Of a stretch of DNA of 64,000 nucleotides, positions 28,051 to 37,379 are shown one piece after another. Both the position numbers and the translations under genes were made by a program. This DNA is from Bacteroidota bacterium (GTDB lineage Bacteria; Bacteroidota; Bacteroidia; AKYH767-A; 2013-40CM-41-45): NCBI GenBank assembly GCA_049363815.1, contig JBMQEM010000112.1:100-64099 (forward strand). Direction: 5' to 3'. Position 1 is the stretch's first letter. Each line of letters starts with the position of its first letter. The notes under the pieces were generated by a model that saw only the letters and a list, made by a program, of their open reading frames with translations, searched no databases and was not told the origin of the DNA.

Positions 28051-28398
28051 ATGGAAGAGAAGAACAAGATTGAAGATCTTTTTACAGATTCAAAGGAATA
28101 TCTGGAAACAAGGATTGAACTTGCGAAATTGCAGGCTGTTGAAAAGAGCAGTGAGATCGCAGGTTCTGCAGTAGTTGGATTGCTGCTCCTGCTTTTTTTC
28201 ACCATCGTTTTTCTCTTTGGAAGTATCGCACTTGCCTTTTTTCTTTCAGAAAAAACAGGACAATATTCGACAGGATTTCTAGCTGTTGCCGGAATTTATC
28301 TGGTGATCGGATTCATTCTATATCTGGCCCGTGAAAGCTGGATCAAGAAGCCGGTTTCAAATATGATCATTCATAAAATGTTAAAAGAAGATGAATAA
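28051..28398 (+). CDS. small membrane protein, holin-X/YqjE-like (Phage_holin_3_6 family)
   Basis: 115 aa with an amphipathic N-terminus and two TM helices, the usual shape of this family. No phage genes are nearby. Confidence 0.55.
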   Translation: MEEKNKIEDLFTDSKEYLETRIELAKLQAVEKSSEIAGSAVVGLLLLLFFTIVFLFGSIALAFFLSEKTGQYSTGFLAVAGIYLVIGFILYLARESWIKKPVSNMIIHKMLKEDE

Positions 28399-28723
28399 GA
28401 TCGAAAACTCAATCCAGTTGAGAAAAGAAATAGCGCGTCTTCAGGCAGATGTTAAAAAACAGGAAGAAGATCTCAAGACCAGATTCAAGGAAGTCAGGGA
28501 AGATCTGAGGCCTGAAAATATTGCTATCCGGGCAATTTCCAATGCAACAGGAATAAACTTTGTGAAAGGTGATTTTTTAAAAAGTGGAATAATGGCCACA
28601 ATATCCATTCTTCTGCATCGTTTCATTACAAAGCAGGAATCCGTTCTGGAGAAAAAAATTTTTTCGTGGGCAGAAAGTTTTATCGAACGTCTCAGAGATT
28701 TCAAATCGAAGAAAGAAGAATAA
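28391..28723 (+). CDS. hypothetical coiled-coil protein
   Basis: 110 aa; overlaps the preceding gene by 8 nt, which suggests an operon. No recognisable motif. Confidence 0.45.
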   Translation: MNKIENSIQLRKEIARLQADVKKQEEDLKTRFKEVREDLRPENIAIRAISNATGINFVKGDFLKSGIMATISILLHRFITKQESVLEKKIFSWAESFIERLRDFKSKKEE

Positions 28724-28766
28724 AACTGTGGCAAGGTTCCTGCATGGAAATTAAAAAAAAGATCGT

Positions 28767-29288
28767 ATGCGGTACCTACTAATTGCTTTTGGCCTATTAT
28801 TACTTTCCAACAACGGTAAATCTCAGGTAATTGAAAAGATCACCGGTGAAACAATAGATCACCAAAGAATCTCAATGCCGGATGATGTAAAAGGAAAATA
28901 CACCCTGCTTTGTTTTGCCTCCTCAACGAAAGCACAAAAAGACCTGGAGTCATGGCTTGATCCAGTTTATCAGAAATTCATAGCTAAGACAGGGATTATG
29001 GATGATATGTTTGATGTGAATGTTTTTTTCATTCCACTGGTCAAGGGTAACAATCAGATGTTCGCAGAAAACATGAAACGAAAATTCCGGGAAACAGCAC
29101 AGGCAGATCTCAGACCACACGTTCTCTTCAGTGAATCGAATACCGAACAATTAATTTCCTCCCTGAAGATGAGTAGTGGAGAAATTCCTTATTTATTTTT
29201 ACTTGATAAAGATGCCAGGATCATTTACAGTACAAATGGAGGGTATACGGAAGCTAAGTTTGACCAGATCGATGAATTGATTGAATAA
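28767..29288 (+). CDS. hypothetical secreted protein (possible thioredoxin-like fold without CXXC)
   Basis: Signal peptide (LLLSNNGKSQ). Coding-like composition. No catalytic motif seen. Confidence 0.45.
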   Translation: MRYLLIAFGLLLLSNNGKSQVIEKITGETIDHQRISMPDDVKGKYTLLCFASSTKAQKDLESWLDPVYQKFIAKTGIMDDMFDVNVFFIPLVKGNNQMFAENMKRKFRETAQADLRPHVLFSESNTEQLISSLKMSSGEIPYLFLLDKDARIIYSTNGGYTEAKFDQIDELIE

Positions 29289-29718
29289 TTCAGATCGAAG
29301 TAATGAATCAACGATTTAAGGTTTATTAACCAATTTTACCTCATTGTTAGTTTTAAAGAGGCGACTGATTTTTTCACCCGATTTGATAAATCCAAATCCG
29401 AAAGCTTCAGGTGAGAAATAAATTACAATTCAAAATTGTGCGGGAAATTCAAATGAGCCTGTTTTCATCATAGAATAATTGAAGATAATCTGATACTTTT
29501 TTGATTAAAACGGATCTTTTATTACAAATGCCTTAATTTCTTACATATCCGAAATGTAATTTTTTGCTGGACAAAGGGCTTTTTTGGCGCATTTCTACAA
29601 AAATTACCGATAAACTCAACTAAATGGCTCCAACCTTACAATTGAGATGAGAACACACAGTTAATTGAATTTATCCTTGCTCATAGGCGTAAAAAATCTC
29701 AAATAATAAGAGATTCCT

Positions 29719-32421
29719 ATGAGTACTTACCAGACAAATCCGGATTTAAAACGAAGTAGAAGAAGCAGACAGCGTCAAACGCAACGTCAAAGATTATCTG
29801 CAAAGCAGATCTTCATTGGTACCTCTTCAATACTTGCTGCAGCTATCACAGGCATGATGATCTATTTCCAGATTGGACATAATGAAAGTGCCAAAGCTGC
29901 TTTTCAAGGCGACTTCCGTTCGGTAAGTTCAGGAAACTGGCATACACCTAGAATCTGGGAAACTTATAATGGTTCAGAATGGGTCATATCTGACAAATCA
30001 CCAAATGCTGCTTCAAATAACATTGAGATCTGTTCAGGACATAGTGTTATAATAAATACAAAAATTACTGCAGACCAGATCGTAGTTTCTGAAGATGCTC
30101 GACTGATCGCAGAGAAAGGTGCCCTTGAAATTGCCAATGGTCCCGGAACCGATCTGCTCGTAAAAGGTGATCTGGAGATCCTTGGCAAAATTAAAATTAC
30201 AACGGACGCACAGGCCGAAATCAACAATTGTCTTCTTTCACCGGATGGAGTGCTTGATCTTGAGGGCAAGATCTCTGTTTCAGGAAAGTTCATAAACAAT
30301 GGCGGGAAAATGCAGGTTGAAGCTGATCATATCACAATAAAGGAAAAAGCAGTTTATGAACATGCTTTTGATGGTGGTGCTTTACCGATTGCAGTATGGG
30401 AGAAAAATTCATATTGCGAAATAACAGGTGTAAGTATGACTTTGCCTCAAAATCTGGATCAAAGTTTTGGAAATTTCAAATGGAATTCGGCTGCACAAAA
30501 TATTTCTGCTGACCTCTACTCTACTATTTCCAGAATTCAAAATGATCTTTATATCAGCTCAACAGGAACAAGAAATATTTTCTTCGACCAATTTTGCAAA
30601 CAGACAGAAATTAAGCTGAACGGGAATTTATTTATTCACGGTGGAACAGTTTGCATTAATGCAAAAGGTTCAAATCATCTAACAGTTGCGGGAAATGTTG
30701 TCCTGAATTCAGGCGAATTAAATTTCAATGAAAGAAAGTCTGATCAGAATTCAACTTTGACAATAAGTGGTGATTTAAATATTACCGGAGGAACAATTAA
30801 TATGAATACTTCTGCTTCAGCAATGAAGGGAATCCTGAATCTTCAGGGAAATATTTCTGTTAATGGAATTGGATTGATCACTGAAACTTCAGGTGCAAAG
30901 GGTGGAGAAATTAATTTCGCCGGTCAGAAAAAAACGCAATTCATTGTAGTTAACAACAACATTAAGAACAGAATTGATTATAATGTATCAACCGGAACAA
31001 CTCTGAGAATGGACAATTACATTCTGACAGGAAACGGTGATTTTAATTTAAGTGAAGGATCGGGCCTGATGATCGGATCACCTGATGGAATTTCAAAGTC
31101 AGAAATGAGTGGAAATATCCAGAATAAAGGAGCAAGAAATTTCAATTCAAGAGCAACTTATATCTATAATGGCGGAACGGAGCAAGAAACCGGAAACGGC
31201 TTACCTTCTGTAGTCTATGCTTTAACAATAAATAACGAAGAGAGCTGTAAATTAAATTCATCAACTGTAGTAAGCAATAATTTGGTTCTTGAATCCGGAA
31301 AAATCATTACCGGAAAAAATATATTGACTCTGGGAGAAAATGCAACATCAGCTGGAAATATGAAAAAGGTTCATGGATATGTTCATGGCAATTTCCGTCG
31401 CTGGATCAGTTCAAATACAGTAGGAAAGGTTGAATTTCCTCTAGGAAATCAGAACTCAGAAAATGCTGCAGTACTTAACTATAAAAATTCTCCATCAAAA
31501 GGAGGAACAATATTATGTAGTTTAGGAATTGGCAATGTTAATAAAATCGGTTTACCGATGACCGATGCAGGTGAGGTATGTATGAATGCCGGATTTGCAT
31601 ACTGGAATTTAATTCCTGAAAATGGTTATCAGGGTGGAACTTTTGATATCAGTTTATCTGCTGCAGGATTCCCAGGAATCCAGAATTATGAAAAACTACA
31701 TGTTAGTCAGAGAGAAGATCTTTATAGTCCCTGGAGAGCGATTGGTAAGCATGATAAAGCAACAGGTACTAATGAAAACGCTGTAGCAGTGAGACGGGGT
31801 GTTACTCAATTAGGAATTTTCGGAATAACGTCTACAACAGCTAATTCACTTCCGACCGATATGGTCTACTTCAGTGCACGTACAAAAAACCAACATGTAG
31901 AACTTAACTGGGAAATGGCATGTGAAATTAACAATGAATCATTCACAATTGAAAGGTCAGAGAACGGTAACGACTTTACTTCCATTTCAACAATAAAAGG
32001 TGCAGGAAATTCTCAAGTACCGCAAAGCTATCAGTTTGTTGACTACAAACCGATGACAGGAACCTCTTACTACCGTCTGAGACAAGTGAACTTTGAAGGA
32101 AAAAACACTTTCAGTAATGTTGAAAGGGTGAATCTAAAAGCAAGAGAAGCTGTTGCTTCATCAGTAAATATTCAGCGTGTAGGACCAAACCCTTTCAATT
32201 CGATGGTAACAGCAGAATATTATGCAGAGAATAACGGCGATGTTGCAATTGAAATTCTATCAAAAGAAGGTCAACCGATTTTCAAAACATATCAATATTC
32301 AGTTAAAGGGTATAATACTTTCACTTATAATAAAGGGAGTTCATTAAAGCCCGGTGAGTATATGATAAGATTGTCGAATGCAAATGGAGCAACAAGACAA
32401 TTCATTACTAAAGTCAACTAG
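29719..32421 (+). CDS. large secreted beta-helix-like protein with a T9SS C-terminal sorting domain
   Basis: Basic N-region plus one hydrophobic segment. Long G/N/S/T-rich repeats. An Ig/FN3-like module (VELNWEMACEINNESFTIERSENGNDF...YYRLRQVNFEGK). A CTD ending ..GEYMIRLSNANGATRQFITKVN. Confidence 0.8.
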   Translation: MSTYQTNPDLKRSRRSRQRQTQRQRLSAKQIFIGTSSILAAAITGMMIYFQIGHNESAKAAFQGDFRSVSSGNWHTPRIWETYNGSEWVISDKSPNAASNNIEICSGHSVIINTKITADQIVVSEDARLIAEKGALEIANGPGTDLLVKGDLEILGKIKITTDAQAEINNCLLSPDGVLDLEGKISVSGKFINNGGKMQVEADHITIKEKAVYEHAFDGGALPIAVWEKNSYCEITGVSMTLPQNLDQSFGNFKWNSAAQNISADLYSTISRIQNDLYISSTGTRNIFFDQFCKQTEIKLNGNLFIHGGTVCINAKGSNHLTVAGNVVLNSGELNFNERKSDQNSTLTISGDLNITGGTINMNTSASAMKGILNLQGNISVNGIGLITETSGAKGGEINFAGQKKTQFIVVNNNIKNRIDYNVSTGTTLRMDNYILTGNGDFNLSEGSGLMIGSPDGISKSEMSGNIQNKGARNFNSRATYIYNGGTEQETGNGLPSVVYALTINNEESCKLNSSTVVSNNLVLESGKIITGKNILTLGENATSAGNMKKVHGYVHGNFRRWISSNTVGKVEFPLGNQNSENAAVLNYKNSPSKGGTILCSLGIGNVNKIGLPMTDAGEVCMNAGFAYWNLIPENGYQGGTFDISLSAAGFPGIQNYEKLHVSQREDLYSPWRAIGKHDKATGTNENAVAVRRGVTQLGIFGITSTTANSLPTDMVYFSARTKNQHVELNWEMACEINNESFTIERSENGNDFTSISTIKGAGNSQVPQSYQFVDYKPMTGTSYYRLRQVNFEGKNTFSNVERVNLKAREAVASSVNIQRVGPNPFNSMVTAEYYAENNGDVAIEILSKEGQPIFKTYQYSVKGYNTFTYNKGSSLKPGEYMIRLSNANGATRQFITKVN

Positions 32422-32482
32422 ACAGTTTTATACAATAAATCAACAGTAACAAATCTAAACAAGATGAAGGTTCTTCTCCGTA

Positions 32483-34099
32483 TCAATTGTCTGCTACTTT
32501 TAGCATTCTTTTTAGTACTATATCTTTTGTTCCCGAAATTATTACACAATAGAATCCCGCTGAGAGTTCTGTTGTTTTAATCTTCATTCCGGGATAATAA
32601 TTTTCCGACAAGACAATTTGTCCTGCTGAATTTATAACCTGAACGTTCAACAGATCTCCATTCAGATCTTTTATCTCAATATTTATTTCCTGATCGAAAG
32701 GTATAGGATAAACCGAAATCAGGTCTTCATTTTTCAAGCCTTCATTTTCAATTTTTGAAAAAAGGCATGCATCATTATTCACTGTTACAATATTTGTTTC
32801 AGTTACAAAAAGGGATGACACTGCTACCCCACTGTTTTGAATGAATCCGGAAGCTCTGTAGTCCATCGTATCTGAATCAGTCGCCGGTGCTACAAGTTCT
32901 TCATGGCAACCAGAGAAGCCGGCAGAATCTGTTTTGATAAAAAGCATTTGCGTACTATCCTGAAAAGTATAATTGACTGTAAAACCACTGATCAGGTATC
33001 CGCCATCAGAGCTTTTCGCACTTCTGAATGCTTCATCCTGTAATCCGTCTCCATAGGCTACCATCCATAAAACTGCTCCTGTTGTATCCGTTTTAAGCAG
33101 GAAAATATTTGTACTATCGTCGCCCATCAGACTATGGCCATAACCGAAACTGTCAGTGTACCCTGAAATGGTAAATGTATAATCCGGATTGACATTGATA
33201 CTATATGAGGCGTCTCCTTTTGGTCCACCATAGGAATATGCATTGACAGGTACACCTTGTTCATCCGTCATCAACATAAGGATATCGTAATCCCCTTCGC
33301 CAAAAGAAACAGTAGAACCGGAGAGTATCAATCTGCCATTTGGTAATTCTTCAATGGATTCAAATTCTTCCCACATCGTATCTCCATACAGATTTGCCCA
33401 AAGCAAATCACCGTTAACATCAGTCCTGATGATCAAACCATCGGATTCAGCCAGCCCATTGGGAAAAGTTTGCTGACGGCCACAAATTACATAGCCGTCA
33501 TCAGCAGTTTGAAATACACTTAATCCAGATTCAGATTCAGGAGAACCATAAGTGCGTGTGAACAATGTATCACCATTGGAATCGGTATGTACCATAAAAA
33601 CATCATCTGAACCCATTCCCAGCGACCGTGTATTGCCTATAAAAGTGAATCCATTATCAGCAGTTCTGATGGCATGAATAAAAGCATCATTGACACCGGG
33701 ACTACCAAATGCTTTTGACCACTGAATAATTCCTGCGGAATCCGTCTTGAAAATCCATGCATCATTTGTTCCGTTACCTCCATTGGCAACGGTTCGTCCT
33801 ACCCCAACATATCCATAGTCTGCTGTTTCAATTGCATATTCAGAATTATCATAATCAGACATTCCATAGACTTTTGACCAGATAATCTGTCCCTGGTTAT
33901 CGGTTTTGATCAGTATTGCATCAGCACTACCCTGGCCATATGAAGTTGTTGCACCATTGAAGATAAATTTATTGTTAAAAGTTTCAAGCAATGTCTGACC
34001 GCGTTCATGATTCACACCGCCATACAAATGCTGAAAACGAAACTGAGCATGAGAAAAGGTGCTCAAGGAGATCAAGAGAAGAGTGAGTAGTTTTTTCAT
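32483..34099 (-). CDS. secreted repeat (propeller-like) protein with a T9SS C-terminal sorting domain
   Basis: Signal peptide (SLSTFSHAQ). About 8 repeats of the form ..T.DGGY...G.T.SFG.G..D.....D..G...W...YG. A CTD (VYPIPFDQEINIEI...GFYCVIISG...). Confidence 0.8.
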   Translation of the reverse strand: MKKLLTLLLISLSTFSHAQFRFQHLYGGVNHERGQTLLETFNNKFIFNGATTSYGQGSADAILIKTDNQGQIIWSKVYGMSDYDNSEYAIETADYGYVGVGRTVANGGNGTNDAWIFKTDSAGIIQWSKAFGSPGVNDAFIHAIRTADNGFTFIGNTRSLGMGSDDVFMVHTDSNGDTLFTRTYGSPESESGLSVFQTADDGYVICGRQQTFPNGLAESDGLIIRTDVNGDLLWANLYGDTMWEEFESIEELPNGRLILSGSTVSFGEGDYDILMLMTDEQGVPVNAYSYGGPKGDASYSINVNPDYTFTISGYTDSFGYGHSLMGDDSTNIFLLKTDTTGAVLWMVAYGDGLQDEAFRSAKSSDGGYLISGFTVNYTFQDSTQMLFIKTDSAGFSGCHEELVAPATDSDTMDYRASGFIQNSGVAVSSLFVTETNIVTVNNDACLFSKIENEGLKNEDLISVYPIPFDQEINIEIKDLNGDLLNVQVINSAGQIVLSENYYPGMKIKTTELSAGFYCVIISGTKDIVLKRMLKVADN

Positions 34100-34288
34100 A
34101 GATTAAAAATACTGTTTATTAGAATACAAAATCGTCCTGACAATGGTTTAAATTGTGAACATTAGCTATGTAAAACCGAATATTCAATATTAGCATTTTT
34201 GAATATCTAGAGCTATATTTGAAGGTTGAATGCCGGAAATGCGTTTAAATGCAGGAGGCAATCAACAGAAAACATTAAAAAAAAGAAT

Positions 34289-35758
34289 ATGTCAACTACT
34301 ACACTTCAGGTTCCCGAAGTAAAGAACTACATCTCGGGAAAATTTACAAATGGAACAAAAAAGTCGATGAACATTACTTCACCGCTAGATGGAATGACAA
34401 TTGCCAATGTTCCTCTTTCCACTATGACGGAATTGAATGCTGCAGTAGAATCAGCTCAGATAGCCTTCAAAACCTGGTCATCGACACCGATAAAAGAAAG
34501 AGTCCAGATTTTTTACAGATACAAAACGTTGATGGAAAAAAACCTGAGAGAACTTGCCTTATTGGTACAGAAGGAGAATGGAAAGACGCTGGATGAAGCA
34601 ACTGCCGAAGTAGAAAAAAGTATAGAGCTTACAGAATATGCGTGCAGTATGCCGCAGCTGGTTGCCGGTAAAGTAATGGAAGTAAGTCGCGGTGTAGAGT
34701 GCAGACTTGATCATAAACCAATTGGTGTGGTTGCATCCATTGCACCATTCAATTTCCCACACATGGTTCCACACTGGACAATACCCAATGCCCTAGTTCT
34801 TGGCAATTGCATGATATTAAAACCATCGGAGAAGGTTCCTATTTCTTCGATGCGAATAGCGGAGATGCTGAAAGAAGCAGGATTACCTGATGGTGTTTTC
34901 AACATTGTGAACGGAGACAAAGAAATTGTGGAAGCGATCTGTGATCATCCGGGAATTCAAGCGGTGTCGTTTGTCGGTTCAACAAAAATTGCAAAGTTGG
35001 TTTACATTCGATCAACCTCCAATTTAAAAAGATGTCTGGCATTAGGTGGTGCAAAGAACCATCTGATCGTAATGCCTGATGCGCATCCTGACATGACAGC
35101 CAGCAATGTTACTGCATCTATGAGCGGATGCGCAGGCCAGCGCTGCATGGCAGCTTCTGCCATGGTTGCAGTTGGAAATGTTGACCCTATCATTGCAAAG
35201 ATCTGTGACGAAGCACGTAAAATCATACCGGGGAAAAACCTGGGAGCAGTGATCACCAAAGAATCGAAAGAACGAATCGAACGATATATCACTGAAGCTG
35301 AAAAAGCAGGTGCAAAGATCCTTGTCGACGGCAGAAATGCAAAAGTTGATGGAATGGAAAATGGCAATTACGTTGGGCCGACAGTTATCGATTTGGTGAC
35401 ACCTGAGATGGCAATTGCAAAAGAAGAAGTCTTCGGACCTGTTATCGCGATCATGCGTGCAGGTTCTATCGACGAAGCACTTACAATCGAGAACGGATCG
35501 AGTTATGGAAATGCTGCAAGTGTATTCACACAAAGTGGCAGCATAGCTCGACAAGTAATGGAGAGAGCAAGTGCCGGAATGATCGGAGTAAATATCGGAG
35601 TTCCTGTTCCGAGAGAACCTTTCTCATTCGGAGGGTGGAACGATTCAAAATTTGGTGTAGGAGACATAACAGGAGATTCGTCGATAGAGTTCTGGACAAA
35701 TTTAAAGAAGACATCTATTAAATGGAATCCTGAAGCAAAGACGAATTGGATGAGCTAG
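34289..35758 (+). CDS. mmsA: CoA-acylating methylmalonate/malonate-semialdehyde dehydrogenase
   Basis: ALDH fold with catalytic GQRCMA and FNFP motifs. Length is typical of MmsA. I prefer the ATG at 34289 over the TTG at 34226. Confidence 0.85.
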   Translation: MSTTTLQVPEVKNYISGKFTNGTKKSMNITSPLDGMTIANVPLSTMTELNAAVESAQIAFKTWSSTPIKERVQIFYRYKTLMEKNLRELALLVQKENGKTLDEATAEVEKSIELTEYACSMPQLVAGKVMEVSRGVECRLDHKPIGVVASIAPFNFPHMVPHWTIPNALVLGNCMILKPSEKVPISSMRIAEMLKEAGLPDGVFNIVNGDKEIVEAICDHPGIQAVSFVGSTKIAKLVYIRSTSNLKRCLALGGAKNHLIVMPDAHPDMTASNVTASMSGCAGQRCMAASAMVAVGNVDPIIAKICDEARKIIPGKNLGAVITKESKERIERYITEAEKAGAKILVDGRNAKVDGMENGNYVGPTVIDLVTPEMAIAKEEVFGPVIAIMRAGSIDEALTIENGSSYGNAASVFTQSGSIARQVMERASAGMIGVNIGVPVPREPFSFGGWNDSKFGVGDITGDSSIEFWTNLKKTSIKWNPEAKTNWMS

Positions 35759-35913
35759 TGGTGATGGATGGGTATTAGAAGGACAGGTCATAAGCTACAA
35801 AAACAAACTAATTTAAGACCGGGCTTTTCTGATTTGTCAGGAATGAAAAAATATATCTATCAGATTACGATTCTCGAAAAAAAATAAGGGCATTCATACA
35901 CGATTTAAAAAAA

Positions 35914-37266
35914 ATGGAAACAAAAACTTTAAACGAAAGAGAAATAATTCTTCAGAACAATTTAGATTATACTATTTTTTCATGGCAGAAGCAATCGGGA
36001 TTAAATCCGTTGAATATCTGTGATGCGAAAGGTGTTTACATTCACGACAGGAGTGGAAAGCGATACATGGATTTCTCTTCGCAGTTAATGAACATGAATA
36101 TCGGTCACGGTCATCCCAGAGTTAAGGAAGCCGTGATGCGTCAGATGGATGAAGTTTCATTTGTTCATCCGGGAATGATCACAAAAGCGCGTGGTGAACT
36201 TGGAAAAAAGTTAGCGGAGATCACACCCGGCTCCCTTAAGAAAACTTTTTTCACAAATGCCGGAGCAGAAGCAGTAGAGAATGCAATTAAATTTGCACGA
36301 CTTTATACAGGGCGACATAAGGTGATCACTTTATATCAGGGTTACCATGGTGCATCTTATGGTGCAATGTCAGCCAGCGGTGATCCAAGAGGAAATCCGC
36401 ATGATGCTCAGGGTGCACCGAATTTCATTCATGTTGAGAATCCATATTTTTACAGAGATCCGTGGAATAGCAAAACAAAAGAAGAATGTGCACAAAATGC
36501 TGCCGAACATATGGAGCGGATCATCAAGTTTGAAGGTCCGGGAAATGTAGCGGCAATTTTAATGGAAGGAGAAAGCGGCTCAAGCGGATGTATAAAATAC
36601 CCACCGGGCTACTGGCAAAAGATCAGGGAGATCGCTGATCGTTACGGTATAATTCTGATCTGCGATGAAGTGATGAGTGGTTTCGGAAGAACAGGGAAAT
36701 GGTTTGGAGTAAATCATCACAATGTAGTTCCTGACATTATGTGCTTTGCAAAAGGATTAACCTGCGGTTATATTCCATTAGGTGGCATTATCATTAAGGA
36801 AGAATTAATTTCAGCTTTTGACAACAAACCATTACCACTTGGACTAACCTATTCAGGACATGCAGTTGCATGTGCTGCTGCAGTTGAAGTTCTTCAGATC
36901 TATGAAGATGAAAAACTGATTGAAAATGCTGCGAAGATGGGAGCATATATGGATAAGCGCGTAGCTGCAATGATGGAAAAACATCAGAGTATTGGTGATT
37001 ACAGAAATACAGGTCTTTTGGGATGTATTGAAATTGTAAAGAACAGAAAGACAAAAGAACCGATGGCGCCATGGAATGCTACAGCAAACGAAATGGAAGT
37101 CATGAATAAAGTGAATGCAAAATTGCTTGAATTGGGATTGTTCACTTTCGTACGCTGGAATTATATTTTCACAGCACCACCACTCTGCATTACACAAGAT
37201 GAAATGGATGAAGGGCTGGATATAATTTCGAAAGCGATCGCAGTGGCGGATGAATATTGCAATTAG
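35914..37266 (+). CDS. class-III (omega) aminotransferase, probable beta-alanine:pyruvate/2-oxoglutarate transaminase
   Basis: PLP family motifs (GAEAVENAIKFAR, LICDEVMSGFGRTG, PLP-Lys in DIMCFAKG). Adjacent to mmsA. Confidence 0.8.
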   Translation: METKTLNEREIILQNNLDYTIFSWQKQSGLNPLNICDAKGVYIHDRSGKRYMDFSSQLMNMNIGHGHPRVKEAVMRQMDEVSFVHPGMITKARGELGKKLAEITPGSLKKTFFTNAGAEAVENAIKFARLYTGRHKVITLYQGYHGASYGAMSASGDPRGNPHDAQGAPNFIHVENPYFYRDPWNSKTKEECAQNAAEHMERIIKFEGPGNVAAILMEGESGSSGCIKYPPGYWQKIREIADRYGIILICDEVMSGFGRTGKWFGVNHHNVVPDIMCFAKGLTCGYIPLGGIIIKEELISAFDNKPLPLGLTYSGHAVACAAAVEVLQIYEDEKLIENAAKMGAYMDKRVAAMMEKHQSIGDYRNTGLLGCIEIVKNRKTKEPMAPWNATANEMEVMNKVNAKLLELGLFTFVRWNYIFTAPPLCITQDEMDEGLDIISKAIAVADEYCN

Positions 37267-37292
37267 GTTTTAGATGCTATGTTAGCAGGCAA

Positions 37293-37337
37293 CAGGTTTG
37301 CAGGTTCGACAATTCGTAACCTATAACCTGTAACCTG
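37293..37337 (+). other. CAGGTT-heptad inverted-repeat hairpin / TAACCTR x3 tandem
   Basis: CAGGTTTGCAGGTT (37293-37306) can pair with AACCTATAACCTG (37318-37330). The heptads TAACCTA, TAACCTG, TAACCTG occupy 37317-37337. The element starts 27 nt after the aminotransferase stop. Confidence 0.6.
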
Positions 37338-37379
37338 AAACTTCTTACCCTTAATAACCCTTACCAGAAATCAACAGAG

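Noticed and set aside
28051-28398. Phage-holin-family protein as evidence of a prophage or lysis cassette
   Set aside because: No endolysin, capsid, terminase or integrase genes are nearby. This small two-TM family is commonly chromosomal (YqjE-like), and here it sits in an operon with another small protein.
35002-35554. Long antisense ORFs inside well-supported genes (35002-35367, 35042-35554, 25605-26135, 43672-44061, 37448-37861, 40053-40436, all minus strand)
   Set aside because: Each lies wholly within a gene with strong family motifs on the other strand. Their translations are Cys/Ser/Phe-rich with no motifs, as expected of shadow ORFs.
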